Below are positions 59,564 to 64,000 of a stretch of DNA of 64,000 nt, piece by piece. The DNA lies in NCBI GenBank assembly GCA_041946805.1, contig JBHGBC010000006.1, positions 29,297-93,296 on the forward strand, given 5' to 3'. Positions within the stretch are counted from its first letter, which is position 1; each line of letters begins with the position of its first letter. The stretch is from a bacterium (GTDB lineage: Bacteria; Hinthialibacterota; Hinthialibacteria; Hinthialibacterales; Hinthialibacteraceae). The notes under the pieces were generated by a model. That model was not told where the DNA came from, did no database searches, and was given only the letters and a program-made list of their open reading frames with translations. A program made the translations under genes and the position numbers.

Positions 59564-60523
59564 ATGAAACGAGTTGTTCTCACTATGTCTTTGGTGTTGA
59601 TTGCAAGTGTGGGATTCGCTCAAACACCGACGCATACGGATCCGGAATCTGGTACCAATCCCAAGAATATTACGGTGTATCAGATCCAGCCGATCAAGGT
59701 GGACGGCGATTTGAGCGATTGGCCAGCCAGTTTGGAAAAACGTTCCTGTGAGGAATTTTATCCAGGGTATCAAGTGACCACCCTGGCGGCGAGTACTCAG
59801 GACAACTGGTTTATGGTGGGATGGAACGATCAGGCGAATCAAGTGTACGTCGCCGGATGGACCGAGGACGACATCAACGTCTCCCAATTGAGCAAATGGA
59901 ACGAAGGCGTTATCCCGTCTGATACCTGGTTTTATGACCGGTTGGAGGTTTATGTGGAATGGGATAACGACGATACGGGCGCGTATGGCTATGCCGAAAA
60001 CGGCAATGTTCAGTACGCGATCGTCCAAAACGATATCGACCGCACCGGCGGCGAATACGACACCAGCCAGGAAATGGATGCGAACGGCAATATTCTCGCG
60101 GAGGGAACAGCGTTTTGGATCACTAATTTGAATACGGCTACCTTGGACGGCCGTCCTCCGTTTGCCCAAGCGAAATGGATCATCAAACCTAAAGATCCAA
60201 ACAACCCGTTCGGCCCTTATACCTCCCAGTTTGAAATGGCGTTTAAAGTACTTACCTACCTGGAAATCGGATTGGAACCGGTGGAGGCGACCGACACGCT
60301 CGATATCGGTCCCACAGTAAACGGCAGCCTGGGCATCGGATTTGATGTCACCTTGATGGACCGGGACGGAGACATCGCGTCCATGACCACGACTCAAGGC
60401 GAGGGGGCTTGGATCGGATGGTCGTCAGGCAGCAAAAACGGGAATCCGCAACTGGATGGAACCATGATGTTCTCTAATGAATTCAAAGAAATAACCCCCG
60501 TTGGACGATGGGAACTCTATTAA
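59564..60523 (+). CDS. Secreted CBM9-like protein
   Basis: AGGAGG RBS; signal ending VGFA; IKVDGDLSDW, DRLEVYV, FEMAF, IGFDVTLMDRD; ends TPVGRWELY. Confidence 0.7.
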   Translation: MKRVVLTMSLVLIASVGFAQTPTHTDPESGTNPKNITVYQIQPIKVDGDLSDWPASLEKRSCEEFYPGYQVTTLAASTQDNWFMVGWNDQANQVYVAGWTEDDINVSQLSKWNEGVIPSDTWFYDRLEVYVEWDNDDTGAYGYAENGNVQYAIVQNDIDRTGGEYDTSQEMDANGNILAEGTAFWITNLNTATLDGRPPFAQAKWIIKPKDPNNPFGPYTSQFEMAFKVLTYLEIGLEPVEATDTLDIGPTVNGSLGIGFDVTLMDRDGDIASMTTTQGEGAWIGWSSGSKNGNPQLDGTMMFSNEFKEITPVGRWELY

Positions 60524-60554
60524 CCGTTTCGCCCGGAAAAATGGGATAGAAGAG

Positions 60555-60584
60555 AGGCCCTGGCCATGCGCGCCAGGGCCTTTT
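60555..60584. terminator. Intrinsic terminator between convergent genes
   Basis: AGGCCCTGGC-CATGCGC-GCCAGGGCCT followed by TTT. Confidence 0.75.
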
Positions 60585-60603
60585 CGCCGATGGAAGACAT
60601 TGA

Positions 60604-62718
60604 CTATTGTGTATTCGCTTTATTGAATTGCTCCAGCCTTTGTCTGGCTTTGTTCAAGTTGGGATCGATTTTCAGAGCCTTCTCATAGCATTCCCGCGCC
60701 TTTTCGGCATTCTGTTCCGTTCGATACCCCTCTCCCATGAGATAATGGATATTCGCGTCGTTGGGGATTTCCAAGACGAGACTTTCTAGTAAGGAGAGTG
60801 CCAAGGCTCCACGTTGCAGACGCAGATACGCCACCGCCAGGCTTTGCCGTCCCTTCTGGTGATGGGGATTCAATTTCAAGAGATCAGTCAATTTTTCCAC
60901 TGATTTGTCATATTGACCGGTCATTCCATAACAGGTGCCCAGATTGTACAGGGTTTCCATATTGTCGGGATCGAGTTCGGATGATTGCATAAAACAGAGC
61001 ACGGCCTTCTCGGCCGCGCCTCGTTGAAACTCCAATTCGCCCTGGTTGTGATAGAGTTCCGACAGTCCCATCTTCCCGGCCTCGATTCGCGCGTGGAGCA
61101 GCGCGTTTTGGGTTGGATCCCCCGTGGGATGGCCGGCCAGTTCGGACTCCGCATCGGCGATTTCCCGTTTCATGATGGCCGTAAGCCGGACGATTTCCGC
61201 TTCGGCTTTCTCGAATTGGTGCAACTGCGTCAAGAGACGGCAGCGCGTGCCCAACGCCTTCCGGTGGGAGGGATCGAGGGACAAAGCCCGTTCGATCTCC
61301 TGGAGAGCCCGGTCGTATTCACCTTGGTATTCATAATAGACCGACAAATTGTAATGATCGTTGACGTTTTCCCCGTGCCCTTCGGATTTTTGTTTAACAT
61401 CGGCTGCTGCGTAACCCAGCGCTTGCAATTGCTCCAGATCCAATCCGCTGTACGCGGAATCCACTCGGGGTAGTTCGGGTGGATGGTAATCCCCATCCCA
61501 ATCCGGCACACGGACAAATGATTCCGCTTGGGCTTTCCCCCCGATGAATTCGGGAAGGATTTTCCCGGGCATTTCCAGGGAAGGCGGAATGTCGAGCATG
61601 GCTAATAAGGTGGGCGCAATATCGAAAACGGACGCGTCCTGGATTTCGCCGGGTTGAATCGAGGGTCCGCGGGCCAGGAGTACACCTTTTTCGCGATGCC
61701 AGGAAACCGCCGGTCCCATCGTGGTCAACGAAGACCGCTTCAATCGTTCCTCTCCGCTGCGAAAGCCATGGTCGGATAAAACCACCAGCGTGTCCCGTTC
61801 GTTCAACCGGCCGAGAACGTCATTCACGAGGCGGTCCATTCTTTCGTAAATGGCGTCCACCGCATTTGAAAAACAAGCGAAATCTTCCTCGGTGACCTGG
61901 GACCGCCGCGGCGGCCTTTCCTGCATGAACAGGTGGGCGGTGGAATCCGTGGCGTCGAAATAGGCTAATGTCAAATCCGTGGGATGGTGATCCACGAGAT
62001 CCAGCAAGACAGCCATGGATGTTTCCGTCCGTGACAAGATCAAACGGAAATGTTGAATCCGGTCGTACACCGTGAATGGGGACGCCAGGCTTTGCTGGCA
62101 ATCCGCCTCCCGCAGCCGCAGGTACGGCCTCAGCTCCGGACAGCCGATGCGCGTGTAATCCTGGCGGAAATCGGATAAGGGAAAGGCCAATTTCTCCGGG
62201 AATGTAAGTTGGGGGATGATGTTCTCCAAGAGAGTTTGTTCCTGCACAAACGAGGACGGAACGAATCGATCCGAAACCATCGTTCCAAGGATATTCTCCG
62301 CCGGCCAGGTGGCGATCCAACCCGCCACGGAGCAAGACCTCCCCCGGGCGGAAACGATGTTCCAGACGGCGGCGCATTTCCGCTGGGACGAGGGAACAAT
62401 GATCGGAGTTCCATTTTGATCGAGACTCGTGAAGTCCAGAATACCATGTTCATCGGGGGGCCGGCCGGTCGCGATTGTGGTCCAGATCAGGGGGGATAGC
62501 AGTGGATGGTATGACTGCAATTCTCCATGGGCGCCGTTTTCCAGCAGATGCTTGAAGGCCGGCAACCGGTTCTGCGAGACCAATTCGTGAAGGATTTTCA
62601 GATCCAAGGCATCCAGGCCGATGACAATAATCCTTCCCCGGGGAATATTATCATGTGTTGAGCATGAAATCAGATGAATTATAAGAAACATGAAAAATGG
62701 AATTTGCTTTAGATTCAT
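60604..62718 (-). CDS. Alkaline phosphatase superfamily (phosphodiesterase-type) protein with TPR repeats
   Basis: Possible lipobox LISC; IGLDALD, LLSPLIWTTIATG..HGILDF, VLSDHGF, FDIAPTLL, LQALGY, C-terminal TPRs. Confidence 0.85.
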   Translation of the reverse strand: MNLKQIPFFMFLIIHLISCSTHDNIPRGRIIVIGLDALDLKILHELVSQNRLPAFKHLLENGAHGELQSYHPLLSPLIWTTIATGRPPDEHGILDFTSLDQNGTPIIVPSSQRKCAAVWNIVSARGRSCSVAGWIATWPAENILGTMVSDRFVPSSFVQEQTLLENIIPQLTFPEKLAFPLSDFRQDYTRIGCPELRPYLRLREADCQQSLASPFTVYDRIQHFRLILSRTETSMAVLLDLVDHHPTDLTLAYFDATDSTAHLFMQERPPRRSQVTEEDFACFSNAVDAIYERMDRLVNDVLGRLNERDTLVVLSDHGFRSGEERLKRSSLTTMGPAVSWHREKGVLLARGPSIQPGEIQDASVFDIAPTLLAMLDIPPSLEMPGKILPEFIGGKAQAESFVRVPDWDGDYHPPELPRVDSAYSGLDLEQLQALGYAAADVKQKSEGHGENVNDHYNLSVYYEYQGEYDRALQEIERALSLDPSHRKALGTRCRLLTQLHQFEKAEAEIVRLTAIMKREIADAESELAGHPTGDPTQNALLHARIEAGKMGLSELYHNQGELEFQRGAAEKAVLCFMQSSELDPDNMETLYNLGTCYGMTGQYDKSVEKLTDLLKLNPHHQKGRQSLAVAYLRLQRGALALSLLESLVLEIPNDANIHYLMGEGYRTEQNAEKARECYEKALKIDPNLNKARQRLEQFNKANTQ

Positions 62719-62814
62719 GAATTTTATACCTTACAAAAACATCCGGATGTCCCGCATGAATGATATACAAATCCCCGCTTCACACCTATGCCTCGTAGTA
62801 ACTCAAACGATAAT

Positions 62815-62846
62815 AAAAAAAAGGGTCAATTCATCATTGGCCCCTT
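62815..62846 (-). terminator. Intrinsic terminator of 62880-63941
   Basis: Minus strand AAGGGGCCAAT-GATGA-ATTGACCC followed by T8 (one stem mismatch). Confidence 0.55.
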
Positions 62847-62879
62847 ATCATTGTGGTAAAACAATCAATTCCCAATGAC

Positions 62880-63941
62880 TTACTGCAGCATCCAGTCGCT
62901 CACACCCGCCCCGGCGGCGAACTTCAGAATTCCACGGGGGGCGCTATTGAATGCGGACCCATCCATTAAATTCCATTCAACCAGCTGCAAGCCGATCGAC
63001 ATGGTATAGCCGTCGGTGTAGCCGCATACATTGAATAACCACTCATCACCCGCCTTCACCCATTGGCCATTCGCATCTTTTTGCATGATCAGGTTGATGC
63101 CTTCAAAGGGGATGTCATCGATGGTGTAATCAACCAAGTCCGGCATGGCAACAAAGCCGAGCTGCGAATACGGAATCGCGACTTCCAACAATGGACGCGC
63201 GACAATATCGGGTTCCTGGGCCCCCGCGACCGGATTGGGTTGAGCCGCGATCAAAAACGGTTTCACACCGGCGGTAGCGGCCTCTTGTGGATCCGTCATC
63301 GGATTCCAAGGAGTGGCTGGAAATTTGGCGCCAGTGCTATTTAATCCAGAAAAGAAAAATGGAGGGCCTTCCGCGCCGGTGCGGACGCCGAAGTTCCCCG
63401 GGGTCACCACTTCCCCATTGAACACATCATCCCCCAAGGGGAACCAGCAAATTTGATAGCTGGGTGACATATCCGCGCTATCGTTCACGCCGTCCCCATC
63501 TTTCCAGTTGGGCTCCATGAAGAACTCGAAATCCACGCAGCCCGGATTGCCCCATCCCGCGTATCCGGTATCGTCCGCTTCGAGTACAGTCGTCGTATTT
63601 CCATCATACAACCAGCCGTTCGGAGTGAGGTATTTGAAATCGCCTCTCATGCAGAAATATAAATATTCCTCGCCCCAGAGTGCCCGCCATTCCCAATTGA
63701 GGTCTTCTCTGGGAATTTGTTCATTGAGGTACATGGTGTTGATGCTGAAGTTTCCACCGTAAAAATCCCCCGTCCATTCCGCCCCGGCCCATTCCGCGTC
63801 GGTCGCCACGCCGTCGATCACCGGAGCGGCCTTGGCTTGGTTCAAGGTGTATTCCCGGATCTCCTGGCCTTGACCGGGAATCGGGGCCACGAACGCGAAA
63901 ACCACCACCAGCGCTATTCCTGTGATAAGGTATTTTTTCAT
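62880..63941 (-). CDS. Secreted CBM9-like protein
   Basis: Signal MKKYLITGIALVVVFAF; APVIDGVATDAEWAGA, WRALWGEEYLYF, LEVAIPYSQL, WLFNVC; ends AGVSDWMLQ. Confidence 0.7.
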   Translation of the reverse strand: MKKYLITGIALVVVFAFVAPIPGQGQEIREYTLNQAKAAPVIDGVATDAEWAGAEWTGDFYGGNFSINTMYLNEQIPREDLNWEWRALWGEEYLYFCMRGDFKYLTPNGWLYDGNTTTVLEADDTGYAGWGNPGCVDFEFFMEPNWKDGDGVNDSADMSPSYQICWFPLGDDVFNGEVVTPGNFGVRTGAEGPPFFFSGLNSTGAKFPATPWNPMTDPQEAATAGVKPFLIAAQPNPVAGAQEPDIVARPLLEVAIPYSQLGFVAMPDLVDYTIDDIPFEGINLIMQKDANGQWVKAGDEWLFNVCGYTDGYTMSIGLQLVEWNLMDGSAFNSAPRGILKFAAGAGVSDWMLQ

Positions 63942-64000
63942 ATACCTGAATCCGTGAACTAAGATCTCCAAAAACTGGATACGATACTTACACCACGAAA

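Overview
A 64 kb GC-rich bacterial chromosomal window with about 46 protein-coding genes. I found no rRNA, tRNA, CRISPR array, integrase or transposase. It is dominated by carbohydrate genes: GH29, GH78, GH95, a six-hairpin glycosidase, DUF4838, DUF5107-TPR, four Gfo/Idh/MocA oxidoreductases and two CBM9-like secreted proteins. Also present are a TetR-HlyD-ABC efflux operon, RNase D, a beta-CASP nuclease, Ogt, a site-2 protease, a surface-polysaccharide locus and an AT-rich MNT/HEPN toxin-antitoxin pair whose toxin carries an in-frame stop. The most notable theme is an apparent c-di-GMP circuit around surface polysaccharide. A c-di-GMP-I riboswitch (about 23030-23123), behind a sigma54-type promoter, leads two large secreted proteins. 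Next to it, a priming phosphoglycosyl transferase carries an N-terminal degenerate GGDEF-like domain that keeps an RxxD motif, and the same module recurs as two separate genes at 7011-8254. Other highlights are an SDR-SIS-MetE-like-MBL-Gfo operon of unknown function, a shared C-terminal V-x-x-W-x-L-x motif on two secreted proteins, and intergenic mosaics of REP-like repeats including a 4x9-bp element present three times. Protein style suggests a candidate-phylum bacterium such as OLB16/Ca. Hinthialibacterota, which is inference only. All family calls come from motif recognition by eye; no database searches were run.
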